DNA from: Phyllobates terribilis
Taxonomy: Eukaryota
Reading direction: 5' to 3'
Assembly: GCF_046119375.1 (NCBI RefSeq)
Contig: NW_027362767.1
Span: 384,524,001 to 384,588,000, forward strand
DNA length: 64,000 nucleotides
Under the pieces are notes generated by a model. The model was not told the origin of the DNA, ran no database searches, and was given only the letters and a program-made list of their open reading frames with translations. Below, piece after piece: positions 13,139 through 26,692 of the stretch. Each line of letters begins with the position of its first letter. Position 1 is the first letter of the stretch. The position numbers and the translations under genes are program-made.

Positions 13139-14723
13139 GACTCTTCTAATAGAAACCATTGTAATGGAAAGGGTTTGCCCAATGCAAACAATTAAGGAGC
13201 CAACACTTACCCTATGGCTGCTACCCACCAGTCTCTGCACAGGAACTACAATACAAAAGCCCCACTTTGTTGGGCAATCATGGGCAATCCTGGTTCCCAC
13301 CACAGTGCCTTTTATTTCATAGAAATGTAAAGGATACCATAGACCCCAATTAGTATTCTGTTAACCCCAACCTATGAATTGAATGTATGGTAAAGATGAT
13401 GATCATAGTATTTCCTTTTATCGTGCCCCTTTCTCAGGCAGATAACAAATGTATGCAATAGGATATAAGATGGAGGCTGCCGGAAATATGGGGATCAGAT
13501 AATTTTTATGGTGTCTCTCATTAAATATTCAAAGTTAGGAGAAATAAAATAGTAATGGTCTCTGCCACCATTAGAAAAGGTGTAGTTTTATTTTATAAGA
13601 TTTAAAAAAAAATCTGGCAAATTATTGCAACAGCCAACCCACAAAAAAGGGACAACCTGAGGGATAAACATCCATGTGTGATGTTGTGGCGCCCCTCGTT
13701 GTGTGCGCAGCTTCCGTTTCAGTGGTCTATTCTGAGTACGTGCTCGCTGAGCTGTCCCCTCATCCTCCCTTCCTGCCCAGTATATCCAGACTCCTCACCA
13801 CAAAGTATATATTACATCCAGCCAGAGAATTAAGATGGAAACAGCTCCGTCACATCCCTCCTCTCGGATTACCTTTAGAAATAAATCAGGCCGTACTCTG
13901 CAATTCTCAAATACCAGATGAAATAAACACAGGGTACGATGGCTGATCCAGTGGTTTAAGGGCTGGGGACATCTCACAGCTGTGGTCATTCTCATGCCTG
14001 ACAAAGCCAAATTCCTTGTGTATATGGTAATATTTAAAAGAAAGGGAGCAAGATTGGACAGCACTAATCTCTAGTAATCTTCCCGGCCATCCATGCAACC
14101 TTTGCATTTATAAATCTAGATTTACCAATTTTTTTTTATTTTTTTTGTTTATCTCTGCTGGGTGCCTTGTGCTGCCGGATAAGCATCCATTAGTGTTTGC
14201 ATAATGTTAGGAAAAACACCATTGTAAGTGTATGATTGTGCAATTGATCTCCATTCACTTCAGCTGCACCACCAGACATGGCCTGTGAACATGAGAAGCG
14301 CTGTTTTTGGGAAAAAAAAACAACATCCCATCTCACACACCCTCCATAAGCAGAGTTGAGCAAAGAGATTTGCAGGTCCCTGGTGCAGCGGCCATGTTGG
14401 CGGCTACCAGAACAGGGCTCCTATTTTCTGACATCCCCAGCACCTCTACTGATTAGCGGGTCTGGTGTGATGTCATCCGTGCACTACGCCGCCATGATGA
14501 CGTCACCTACTAATCAGAAGAGGTGCCAGAGATGTCGTCAGGAGGAGGTTTGCAGCTCTGGTCCGGTGGCCACCGACTACCAATGTGGCCACTGGACGAG
14601 GGACCTGCCAATCACTTTGCTCAATTCCAGTTTTACTAGACGATATTCATGTATTGTCCTCGATTACCACCATTTACAGGGACTACTCTGTGCACACACT
14701 TCTCCCACCCTTTCCCGCCACTA

Positions 14724-15374
<651 letters not shown>

Positions 15375-15655
15375 CTAAAAAACAAAAAGAAAAGACCATC
15401 TTATAAAGAGTTTGTAAAAGTACCAATTCTAAAAGTCAACAGTAATATCCAAAAAATCTATAACAAAGGGGATGTGTTGGTTCGGGCATTAGTACTTATC
15501 CATTTCTCTATCGAAAAAAAAAATCATGGTGCTTAGTCGAAGTTTTCTGTTCCTATCCAATATAGGAGTAAAGCACAAAGTGACCTTTTGGATAGTTCCC
15601 ATCTCCATTGCTCATTAAAGGGAGTGTCACCTCCCCTCCCACAAACTTCAGCTGC

Positions 15656-16094
15656 TTAAAGGGAATTTGTCACCAAGTTTTTGCTGTCCCATCTGACAGC
15701 AGCATGATGCAGATGCAGAGACGATGATTCCAGCGATGTGTCACTTAATGGGCTGCTTGCTGAAGTTTTGATAAAATCACAGTTTTATCTGCTGCAGATT
15801 TAGCAGTTCTCTGAATGCTGAGCTCTGTATAACCCCCTCCACGCCAATGATTGGCAGCTTTCTATGTACACTGTGCATAGGCAGAAAGCTGCCAATTGGT
15901 GGTGGGTGCATGGTTATAAATATGGAGGACTATCAAGCAGCAGGTTTACTAGTCCTCTAACTATCTTCTCCTGCTGATAAAATAATGATTTTTATCAAAA
16001 CTACAGCAAGCAGCACAGTAAGTGACACATCACTGGAATCAGTGTCTCTGCTCTCAGAATAGGTGGCAAAAACCTGGTGACAGATTTCCTGTAA
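15656..16094. mobile_element. TTAA-AGGG-type MITE (T2/Kolobok-like)
   Basis: TTAAAGGGAATTTGTCACCAAGTTT ... AAACCTGGTGACAGATTTCC; internal palindrome GGCAGCTTTCT...AGAAAGCTGCC. Confidence 0.65.
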
Positions 16095-16109
16095 ACATTT
16101 GAATTCCCC

Positions 16110-16685
16110 TTAAACATGTATATAGGTGACTGAGACCCTATAATATCAAATCACTAATATACATTTTAGCGTTTTAGTTGCAGAAAAAAAAAAACACTTT
16201 TAATTCATATGCAAATGGGGGTCTTCGGTGCACCCTAGGTGTGGCCAATGGCTCGGTGCAATGATATGCCCTTCAATTTGCATATTTAGCACTGTCCCTC
16301 CCTCAGTTTGATTGACAGCACTGGCTTTCTCACAGCGAACCCTCCCTAACCTGAAATCCCTGTTCCTGGGCACTGACACTGCAGGAGCCATGCTGCGCGC
16401 ACTCAGAGTGATCTCCAACTCCTCTCTGAAGCCGCTCTCACTTGTTACACCTCCAGACATCTGAGTGTACCTGCACCCTCTCTGAGTGTGTGCCAGAGCT
16501 GACACTGTAAGTACACTTCTGGGCTCCTCCAGTGTCAGTGCACCAAGCCATTGGCCACACCGAGGGTGCACCAAAGCCTGCATTTGCATATGGATTAAAA
16601 GTGAATTTTTATGCAACTACAACTCTAAAATGTACGTTACTGATATGATTTTTATAGGCGCTAAGTCCCCTATATAAATGTTTAA
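16110..16685. mobile_element. TTAA-flanked foldback element with long imperfect arms
   Basis: TTAAACATGTATATAGG ... CCTATATAAATGTTTAA; arms include CATATGCAAAT/ATTTGCATATG and GGTGTGGCCAATGGCT/AGCCATTGGCCACACC. Confidence 0.75.
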
Positions 16686-19355
16686 GTAGCTGAATTTGCA
16701 GTTTGGGATTGACATATTCCCTTTTAGTCTGGTTGTAGAAGAGAGCCCCCATCAAACCATGAGAAACATGAGTGGAGCCCAGATTTCCATTGGTGACATC
16801 TTCCATACGTGTACGGAGGATGTGCACACTGCATGTATGGCGCAAGCTCGGGCTATAGTGCGGCTGCCATTTGTACTATACAGGCAGCACCCAAATATAA
16901 CTGCTGTGAATGGTGGAGCAACGATTGCAGCAGTCTGCCCTCTTAGATGCTGCTGCCAATCACAACAGTGGCATTTAAGAAGTTGGAAATAAGGGGTGTA
17001 CCATTTTATTCCACTGACACCCCAGCAATGCAATTGCGAGTTGCCAATGGCATTGCCATGGCAGTTGGGGGATCTACTGAAGACCCCCCCCCCCCCGTGT
17101 CTGCTATGTTTTTACACTTAAAACCAGCATGTGGTAATTTCACAATACACTTCAATATTACAGTATAGCAGTACTGACTGCAGGTTCAAGTCTTCTTTCG
17201 GGACGAATAAAAAATAAATATAAAAAATTCTGAAAAATATTTGAAATTAATAAAAAAATATATATTAAAAGTTCATATATCTTTTACCATTCATGACTGT
17301 CCAAACAAATTAAATGTCATGAATCTATGGTGGTGGAGGAGGTGAAGGACTTTTACTACCAAGCTGATTTAGGAAAACTTTTAGACCAGTCATCATTGCA
17401 TTATGGAAAAAGGCATGCAAATTAGCTCTTCACCAGGAGGCCAAAAGCGGGCTCGTTAGTGCCATCCATTGGTGAGATTGTGAATGTGAATAGTATCCTA
17501 AGTCATGTGGCAAGGCTCATTAAAGGGTCAGATATTGACTTATAAGATAGTATGTCCAATAGGTGGCACTAGAGAACAGTTTTCCTGCCTCTTGGAGAAG
17601 AGCTAATTTGCATATGTGAATATTTAATATGACAGGTGTAGGTTAATCCTATATTTGTCAGTTTATTTTTTTGCAAGTGCGGGGATTACGCAGTCCCAAT
17701 GCACAGTGTTTCCTGGAGGTGCAGGCAAACATGGAGCAGATGAAAGCGACTGTGGGACCTGCCTTCAAAAGGAAACACAGGGAAACAAACACTTGTTACT
17801 GGTGACATTGCCTGCAGGGGTCCCTCTCCCTGTGCCATCAGCCCCTTTCTCTAGTCCTTGGCCTCTGAGTATATGTGTATTTGGCCTCCAGACACAGCTT
17901 TCCTCTCATCCTCTCACAAGGGGTTTCCGTGAAGACCACAATGGAGCCTTGTACTGCTTCCTCTCATACATGCAGAGTATTCCCTGTCCGGACGCCAGCT
18001 GTAATATTAACCTTACGATCTGCTCTGCCTGCCTGTGAGCTTCAGGAAAACGGAGTGGAAAATTGGGGAATCTCATTAATTATCCCCAGTGTCTGAACGA
18101 GACCATCAACAAATGACCGCATGACATGGGGCAATGATATGCATGGTCTTCCAAAGGTCCCACAGTCTTCAAACCAATGTCAAGAGGGAAAAAGCAAAAA
18201 TAAAAGCAACTGCGAGACGTGAAGAAAAGTGTAGAGACTGGGACAGGACAGAGAGGGAAGAGGGACAGGACCAAAGGGGGGCATGATGGAGCCACTTGCT
18301 CTCAGATGTGGGAAAGGAAACAGAGGGAAGGGGTTACTCTTCGAAGAAGGAGAGGAGGAGGGAGAAGAAGCTGGAAAAGGAGGGTGGTGAACGTCTAAGG
18401 AAAAAGCGATGAAGAATGGAAGTTTACGAGTCCTCAAGGGCATGGATGGGTTGTAACAGGACACTCAACATGTACTATAAATGGGTCATCTCTGAGAAGC
18501 TCTGAAAGGTCTACTATTTCTCCATAAATCTAAGCTTTGCCCAATTTTTGACCAACAGCTCCATTTCTTAAAAACCCCAGCTTTATTTCAACAGGCTGGG
18601 CGAAATCTGCATGGAACATCTATGTCTATATGGTAACAAAACCATTGGTTTTGATTGTTTTGAGAGGAGATAGATGTTATTGGAGAATTCGAGAGACTCC
18701 ACAAGAGTAGGACAATTGATAAAGGAGGGGGTCTTCAGATGAATGAAGATTACATGGGACAATAGTCATAAAACAAGCAGTACATGAGTCACACAGGAGA
18801 CGAAGTTCGGCTAGAGAGAATATCAAAAGGGGTGAGATAGAAGAAGATGAAGAGTAAAGAGACACAATGGAAAAAAGGGGAGTGAGAAAGAAGGAGGAAC
18901 ATGGAGAAAGGGGGTGTCCAAGAGAGCGGACTGAGGAGGCCCAAAGCAATAGGTGATACGAGAGAAACATAAGATGACCTTGAAAGAGAGAAGCATATGA
19001 CATAAAACCAACCATGGAAGACCTTGGTCTAAAAATATAAATGAGTGGCACAAAACATACATGAAAATAAAGAGTTGGGCATGGAAGGCCTAAAAAATAA
19101 CCCTTGTGGCAGTGGGGAATCATGAGATGTTGGCAAAGGGAAAAAAGTGAAAATTAGATGAAGTGAAGGTGAAGGTAGGTAAGAGGAACATGGGCGCAAG
19201 TGGGTGAGAGAGTGATAGGTAGACTTGAGAAAGGTGTGAGGAGGACATCAGTGCATCTTTATATTTTGAGTGGGAAGAAGGATTAGAAAAATACAACATT
19301 GATATTTGCAGAAGTGATCATTGCCACTGGAGACAAGGGTTAAAAGGTTCAGTAC

Positions 19356-19619
19356 CTGGCAGAGGATATTCCGAATGTAGTCTCCGCAGACGCTGATCCC
19401 GCTGTGGTCCAGGAATTCAGTGATGTAGCCGAACCTATCAGCGATGGCTTTGTCCTGATCGAAGTCACAGCATCCAAAGGAGGAATAGACAGTGCAAAAA
19501 GCCAGGGGTTTTGAGGGTTGAAATGGAGGTTTATAATCTAAGCACTGTGGGTGACCTCTCACCACCCAAGTGGTGGTGACCAGCACTAGCCAAACGTTAA
19601 GAGCCGGATGGATGGTCAT
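19356..19619 (-). CDS. HHIPL1: HHIP-like protein (HHIPL1-type architecture), coding exon 1: signal peptide and start of the Cys-rich domain
   Basis: MTIHPALNVWLVLVTTTWVVRG-HPQCLDYKPPF...CGDYIRNILCQ; HPQCLD motif of the HHIPL family; donor CAG|GTACTG; 264 nt, phase 0. The symbol is family-level and the gene may be a paralog. Confidence 0.93.
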
Positions 19620-21410
19620 GGATGCCAGCTGAGGGATCTAGTAATAGCACAGTTTTTTTGTCTCCAGATGTCTATAGTCTCCTTGGACTTATCTTGAACT
19701 CAGCTGCACTTTTCTTTGTTCCTCCCTCAAATTACTCATTCTATTCCCCCTGACTTCTCTAGAACTGTGGGAACGGCTCCTTCCATCCTGTCTACTCTGG
19801 TGGTTAGAGAACCCAACGAGAGACTGTGCCACCTTGTCTCTACAAATCTGTCATCCCCATTCAAACTAGTCTTCTCGCTCACAGCAGATGTCTCCTCAAT
19901 CCTTACATTTTTTCCTCACAAGGATGTGTCTCCTATATGTCTCTCATTGCAGTCTGTCTCTCCTACACCTATTTCCCTCCTGCACTGACTTTTTTGTAAG
20001 CTCCTTCTCTCGTCCTCCTCATCTGTACATGGGGCTGCAGAATATGATCCAGTCCCCTCCTTCTCCTCCTCTTTAATCCAGCCCCAATTGTCTCTCATCA
20101 CCTTCCAAACTTACATCTCATCACAGACCGGGGTCTTCTGGGAAAAGCGCCGCCCTAGAAATCCCTACATTATAGTATCTTGCATAGCATGTCACCTCAT
20201 TTACCAAAATGACATGGAAAAAGAAAGATATAGACTGAAAAATGCACATTTTACAAGAAATGTTCCTTGTCTGGGGCTCAACAGTAAAAAATTTTCGCAG
20301 AAATCAAATTTTGCAACTGCACGCTACTTGTTTTTTAATCTTCATTAAATTAAGGATTTTTATTTTATTTTAACCTTGAGAGCTTTAATTTGGGATGATA
20401 ATTCTCAATCATGTCTAAAATCTGCACCCAGAGCAAAGAGTTGTGTTGTGAGTTGGATGTGCAGTTTGCTGGTGACTGTTATGTACCCGAGTTCACTCAG
20501 TTGTGTATATAATCCCCCAAAAATTGTGTCATATTTCTATACAATAAACAGGAATTTTCCATTTCTTCTATAGTACATACCACCTGAAAGAGGTAACACA
20601 TGGCAAAACACAGGATGCCTATGGATCTGTAGTACAGACTCATAGGAACTCCAGAGCTCAAACCTAAAAACTAATGTCAATGCGAACACAGCCTAAAATA
20701 TTGCAGCCCCGTGGCTTAGTTTGCTGCATTGTTGCTTTATAATAGGGTTTTTATACTGCTGCGGAGTCAGGACGTATCATTGAGCTTTAAACCACTTGTG
20801 CCAAAATTGAAAATGGACTCTGCACTTAGCCCTTTTATTATTATCTCAATTTTTGTGCCATTTCTCCTATTTATTAGTTTTTTTTAGGACAGGAAGTAGC
20901 TGTGTGGTAACCACCATTGTCAGCCATATTAGCACACATGTGGCTGCTTTGCCTGTCACTCGGTCACATACTGTAGATTAGAATAAAGTATCAAACTTTT
21001 TGTTTTCTTGCCTTTCTATTCAAGTAGTTTATCCCAGATTCACAGCAATATTTATTTCTATTTAACCCAAGTCAGATGATGAACTAGTTACTTCCTTCTT
21101 TACCTGGTGGTCAATGCAAAGAATTAAATCAGTGTATTTTGCCATGGATTTGCAAAAGATCGGCAAATATTAAAGGAAATTTGTCAGCATGAATGGCGTT
21201 GCTCAATAAGTGCTTTTCCCTTAATAAAAACACTTTTTTTTTTATAGATCCAATTTTCAAAATGGAAATTAGAAATCTAACCTAGAAGTCATATGCAAAT
21301 CAGGCTGGAAGTGCATTGGGGGCGTGTCAATGTACTTGAAAGAATCAGTCTAATTGCATTGACGCCCCCCAGTGTGTAACATATAGCTTCTCTTCTAGAT
21401 TTCTTATGAC

Positions 21411-21646
21411 TAAGGATGAGCGGACCCGGGGAAGTTTGGCTCCTGGTATCCGACCGAACTTTAGTCTAAAGTTCAGTTCAGGTACCAGAACTGGAACCTG
21501 AACCCAAACCCCATTGAAATCGATTGTGACCCGAACTTTGGGGCTGGAAAAATCAATCTCTCAACTCCCGAATTGTAAAACGGACTTCCAGGAGAAGTCC
21601 ATGTTAGGAGTTCAGCACCGGACACCAGGCGTTCGTTCATCTCTAC
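21411..21646. mobile_element. Short palindromic MITE
   Basis: TAAGGATGAGCGGAC ... GTTCGTTCATCTCTA ends with internal GAAC/GTTC-rich repeats. Confidence 0.6.
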
Positions 21647-21789
21647 TCATGACTGGCACATCTGATCTCTACAAAGAAGGTATCATTGTTTTAGTAGGAC
21701 CAACACTTTTACAGCCATACCACTACTTCTAGAACATAAAAATGTCCTCACAAGTTCACTTTAAGAAATTGAACAATTGACTTTGTGCA

Positions 21790-23245
21790 TTGCCCTCACT
21801 CTAATTTTTGGGTCAAAATAGCTGATGACACTTTCTCCTTATCCATCCCCTCTCTACCCCGGACATGTCCCCTCCTGGCCTGAAACAAGAATATTTCCCT
21901 GTCATATAGTGGTAGCCATATGCTAAAAACTCTATATATGCAGTAAGTGAGGGGAATTTTACCCGTATAACAGACAATCCCCGAGCTTCCCCAAGGTGCC
22001 TAAGCCAACTCCATCCTGGGTGGTTCCAAAAAAGAGCCTTTTCATATTCATCAGGTCACCTCATAGAGTTCTCTCCTGCCTCTCTCTACCATCTTACCCC
22101 CACCATAGGTCAAAACTTTGAGTACATTCAACTTCATTATTTTTATATCTTGCGAACCGGAAGACCTAATCCTGCACAGCCTCTTTCTCCGTTCTTAAAC
22201 CTATGCACTACCTCCCCTACCCCTCGGCATGCCATATCTGTCCCCTACAAAACCCCTGTTGGCTCTGGACTTCGACTCCCTCTCCCACTTCTGCACATCC
22301 TGGGAAACCAAGTTACAACAAAAATTCACAGAAGAACAATGGGGCAGTTGCTTTCCTATAAACCCTAATTGCAACTGAACCAATTCTGAAATAATTTCTA
22401 CATGGTATTGTGTTCCCTCGGTTTTGCATAAGTGGTTTCCAGAGTTTTCCAAACCTATGTTGACGTTGTGGGGTGTCTGAAGGTACTCAAATCAAACGTT
22501 TGGTGGTCTTGCCCGATCCTAGGGGCTTCCTGAGAAGGAGTTATTAAGGTGATTTGGGAAGTAACGGGAGTAGTAATGCCTAAAACACCGGAAGCGGTCA
22601 TGTTGTTCATGTTTCCTAATTAAAAAAAACAAACCACGAGACATTTGCTTCAAGCTGCCAAAATAATAATTTCTCATCATTGGAAATCTTTGAATACTTC
22701 ATCTTTAATGGTTTACAGAAACTGGTATGGTCCAGCGTATGGAAATCTTAATAACGCAAATAGAGAATACCAAAAATACCAATAAACGGTTTCACTGGGA
22801 TGTCTTCTTCTCCCCCCCATTATACATATGTTTATCTTACCATGACCCATCGCCATTTTGAATGGTTGGGACCTCAATTTTCCCAATTGTTGTAAGTCCT
22901 TTAGTCCACCTCTTGATCCCCTTCTCTCCCTCCCTCTTTATCGTTTCCCTCCCCTGCCTATCTACATATTTCACTCTTTCATGCCTCTCCATATTCATTA
23001 CCTTCCCAACTTTTCCAGCCTTTTCTGTCTCACTTTTTAGGTGACGCTTGGGTCCACTGTGACCCTCATTTCTCCCTAATCAGATTTTTGTCTTACATTC
23101 AAGGCTAATTGTTATTTTTCTCCATATTATTATACCATGGAAGGTATCGCTTTTCCGAGTATCCGGTTTCCCTAGATTATTGCTTGCTGCTATTTCTCTT
23201 TTTCTGTATGTTTAAAAAACAATAAAACTTTAAATTTGAAAAGAA
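21790..23245 (+). mobile_element. L1-clade LINE 3' fragment (ORF2 C-terminus and 3'UTR), highly decayed
   Basis: Manual translation gives FEYIQLHYF, WETKLQQKFTEEQW, WYCVPSVLHKWFPEFSNLC*RCG, WWSCP; ends AATAAAACTTTAAATTTGAAAAGAAA. Confidence 0.65.
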
Positions 23246-25841
23246 ATTGAACAATTGTCCTTAGTATTTCAGATGTTAGGGAGGAGATATACTCAGGCGT
23301 TATTATACTTGATGTTAATCAAAAGAATGCTGGAGTAAAAGATGCTAAATTTATTAAAAGATGCACATCGTGTACAGCCCTTGTGCCACAAACAGAAATC
23401 TACCGCTATATATTAATCAGAGGAACATGCAGAATAGCCTCTTGCAACAGATTGCATAGAAACCATTGTCCATATTGTGCCCTTCGGGCTCATGCACAAG
23501 ACCGATTTTCTCGTACGAGAGCTATCTGTGGTTTTCATGGATCACACTCGTACCTATGATATTCTATGGGGCTGTGCACATGTCCGATTTTTTTTATCGG
23601 ACTGAGTGGTGCGCAGAAAAAAAACGCAGACATGTCCAATTTTGGTGGGAGGCGTCGGATCAAAATTGGCAATGCAAGTCTATTGGTCCATGAAAAAAAA
23701 ATTGGACTGCACTCGGATGACATCCGAGTGCAGTCAACATTCATGGACTAACAGAAAGGACAGGGTGGAGATACTTTTTTTGCGCTTACTCTCCACATAC
23801 GAGAAAAGCTGATCTGATCAAACACTGATCAGAATTGGCCCGTTTTTCAAATGGGGAGAAATCGCTTGTGTGAATCTTCCCTTAAAGGGGTTCAAGTCAG
23901 TTGGGTGAAAGGCTGATTGCAGCACCTCTCCGCAGGAGCCCCGGACACCTCACATTGATGCCCATAAGCCTTAGAATAACACCCCCCTCTATTAGTTTAT
24001 GGGGGAAACTGAGGGATTCCCCTTGCCGATACAAACTCCATGAAATTTATCCTTTGTGAAATTCTATCCCACTGACCCAGTGTTTAAGGAAACTGTTAAT
24101 TACTCAATGTAAAATAAAAGAAAAAAAAAAGTTAAACTTTAAAAAAGTGAAAAAGGGCAAACACTCAGTCACAAAAGACAAGGTCATAAAATGTAAGACC
24201 TTTTTTTTCCATTATTCTTCCAATGCTGTTACTACTAAAACAACTTTGAAAATGGTCTTGAAAATGTGTATGCAGCGCTTACGCATATATATATGTCTCC
24301 AGGCTTACAGACTACAAACACTTTGTGTAGTCTAATTCTGCAGTGGTTTAGTTTTGGCCTTAAAGCAGTTGTCTGGCCACACCATATTGATGACCTATCC
24401 TTAAGATAGATCATCAATATCATATCTGACACCCCACTGATCAGCGTTATCAGGATAGAAGCTGTGCTGCAGTTATTAGAAGTGGTCACTACACAGTAAG
24501 CGGAGGTGATCCGGCTCCATTCATTGCTTACACCCCGCCACCACCGGAACGGCTAATAGCTGGGTGCAGAGTCCTCACAAATCTGTTATTATTGATCCTA
24601 TTCAGAGCATAGATCAATATCATACATTTAAAATATATCAAAAGCTGCCATCTATGTGTATGTATGTGAAACAATTGTGCAGGAAAAGAATGGGTTGATG
24701 ACGTGGCCTGGACTCTTTCCAGGTGCTGAAATCTTAATTTTGCAGTCTGTGATCTAAGCTTCCCCCCTCCGCTGTCTGTTCGGAGAACATCGACTACTCC
24801 TCCGATGAGTCAGTGACCGGGGGGAGGTCATGTCTTATATATTTCTTCTGTTCATGCATGAAAAATGTTCTAGTGGGTTTAAAGAAAAAAGTAAGAAAAT
24901 TTCCGCCTCTACATGTATCGCATCAATGCTCCGAGGTCACGCTAAATGCAGACATTTTTATCATTTTTTTCTCATAGACTAAACCAAGAACAAAAGAAAA
25001 AAAGGAAAAACTCAGCGCCATCCACCTGAGTTTTAGTACAGATGTCAAAGTGGTTTTACCCCCTTGGGTTTATTAATCGAGAGGGATCTGTCTGATAAGA
25101 CTCCCATGATCAGCATAGGACATATCTGATCAATATGTAATTATTTAGCAAGACTGAAATACTCCTTTAAGACTGGGGATCGGAAGAAACTTACTGTAAA
25201 CAATGCCTTGTAATAAGTATAGTGCTAATAATTAAGAGCTAATCGGTTATTAGGAAAATTACCTTTTGTTTAAATCAGGTTTTTGTGTAAAGATATAAAA
25301 AAAGACAGTTTTATTATTGATATCATGATCTGTATTGAAAAAAAAAAAGTAGTCCTGCAATTCTAACACTGTTCCTCTCACCTTTCAGGAAAAGTTTTCA
25401 GCAGGCTCTTTATCAGCAGAGGCAGGATTATGTCAAGTAACACCCCTATATACAGCGGATAACACATGATCCACCAATCATAAAAGACCCCATCCTCCCC
25501 CTCCCTTCCCTATGCTCTTTCAACACGCTCATTAAATGCTTTAATAAAAAAAAAAAGGGTCAGAGTCAGTCTATTGCTGCTAATGTACATGTGCATTTCC
25601 TGAAACACCAGGGCATTAGAAAATAGCCCCAGTGGCTTGTAAGATTTCTAATTCTTATTTTTCATTTTATTACAAATGGAAATGAGGGGGAAAAAAATAA
25701 CCAAAATTAAAAAGAAAAATATATACAGTAATTTTCTGATGGCTTATTACCTATGTTGTGATTTTCAGCATGGGAGAGATTCCCAATTTTCATATATGAT
25801 CCCCACCTCAGTATCTATAATGACAAGCTGTTTATATGATA

Positions 25842-26692
25842 CTAGATGGTGGCCCGATTCTAACGCATCGGGTATTCTAGAATATGTATGCGGCCGACCG
25901 GGCGCAATCAGCAGAACGTTGTTTAAATTTGGCGCCAAAAATCGCTGATTGGTCGCGGCCGCCACCCGTGACCAATCAGCGAGCTGTGTTAGTGAGGACC
26001 GGAGAGCTTGTTTAAATTTGGCGATAAAATCGACCAATCAGCAGAGTGGTGTTTAAATTTGGCGCCAAAATCGCTGATTGGTCGCGGCCGGTCACCGCGA
26101 TTAATCAGCAGAGCGGCGTTTAAATTTGCCGCCCATCTCGCTGATTGGTCGCGGTCGGCCAGCCACCGCGACCAATTAGCAGAGCGGCGTTTAAATTTGC
26201 CGCCCATCTCGCTCATTGGTCGTGGCCGGCCACCGCGACCAATCAGCGTCGTATTAGTGTGGGCCCAGGAGCGGCGCTGCTTGTGCGGCTCCGTATTAGC
26301 GAGGACCAGGGAGCGGCGCTGCCTGTGCGGCTCCTTCTGCTGCTAGAAGCCGGGAGATGAGCGGCTGCTCGCTACAGAAGCATCCCGACCGGCGGCGCCG
26401 CTCCCCGATCCTCCGTTCACACTTGCTGTCGGGAGATCAGCGGGCCAAGCCGCTGATCTTCCGACGTTAGCCGCATGGAGGTGAGCGGCACCGGTCGGGG
26501 GTAGTTGTGCTGCTAGTGCCGCTCATCTCCCTGCTGCATCGCTGCTGACCTCCGTCCGCCAGATGAGCCGCTAACGGCCGCCATCTTTTTTTCAGAAATC
26601 CCGCGGCGCTGATTGGCCGCTGCCGGACCAATGAGCGACGCGGGATTTCCAGGACAGACAGACAGACGGGATAAGACGATTATATATATAGA
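25842..26692 (-). mobile_element. Non-autonomous Helitron, 851 bp
   Basis: On the minus strand it begins TC, ends CTAG, sits between host A and T with no TSD, and has hairpin CCCGAT-GCGTTAGA-ATCGGG about 11 nt from the 3' end; the empty site is visible in the local duplicate at 27409/27410. Confidence 0.85.

Noticed and set aside
18100-19250. Purine-rich region with ORF-track hits and a CRFRPAC peptide (possible DIRS/gag remnant)
   Set aside because: Low complexity, interrupted by stops, with no second supporting motif.
21790-23245. Possible twin-priming (5'-inverted) L1, suggested by a minus-strand GLGLP peptide near 22160
   Set aside because: Successive L1 C-terminal motifs (FEYIQLHYF, WETKL, WYCVP..LHKW) all read in order on the plus strand, so the GLGLP match is chance.
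24806-24830. AP-1 site TGAGTCA next to TGACC and AGGTCA half-sites
   Set aside because: Short motifs are expected by chance in 64 kb, and no conservation data are available.
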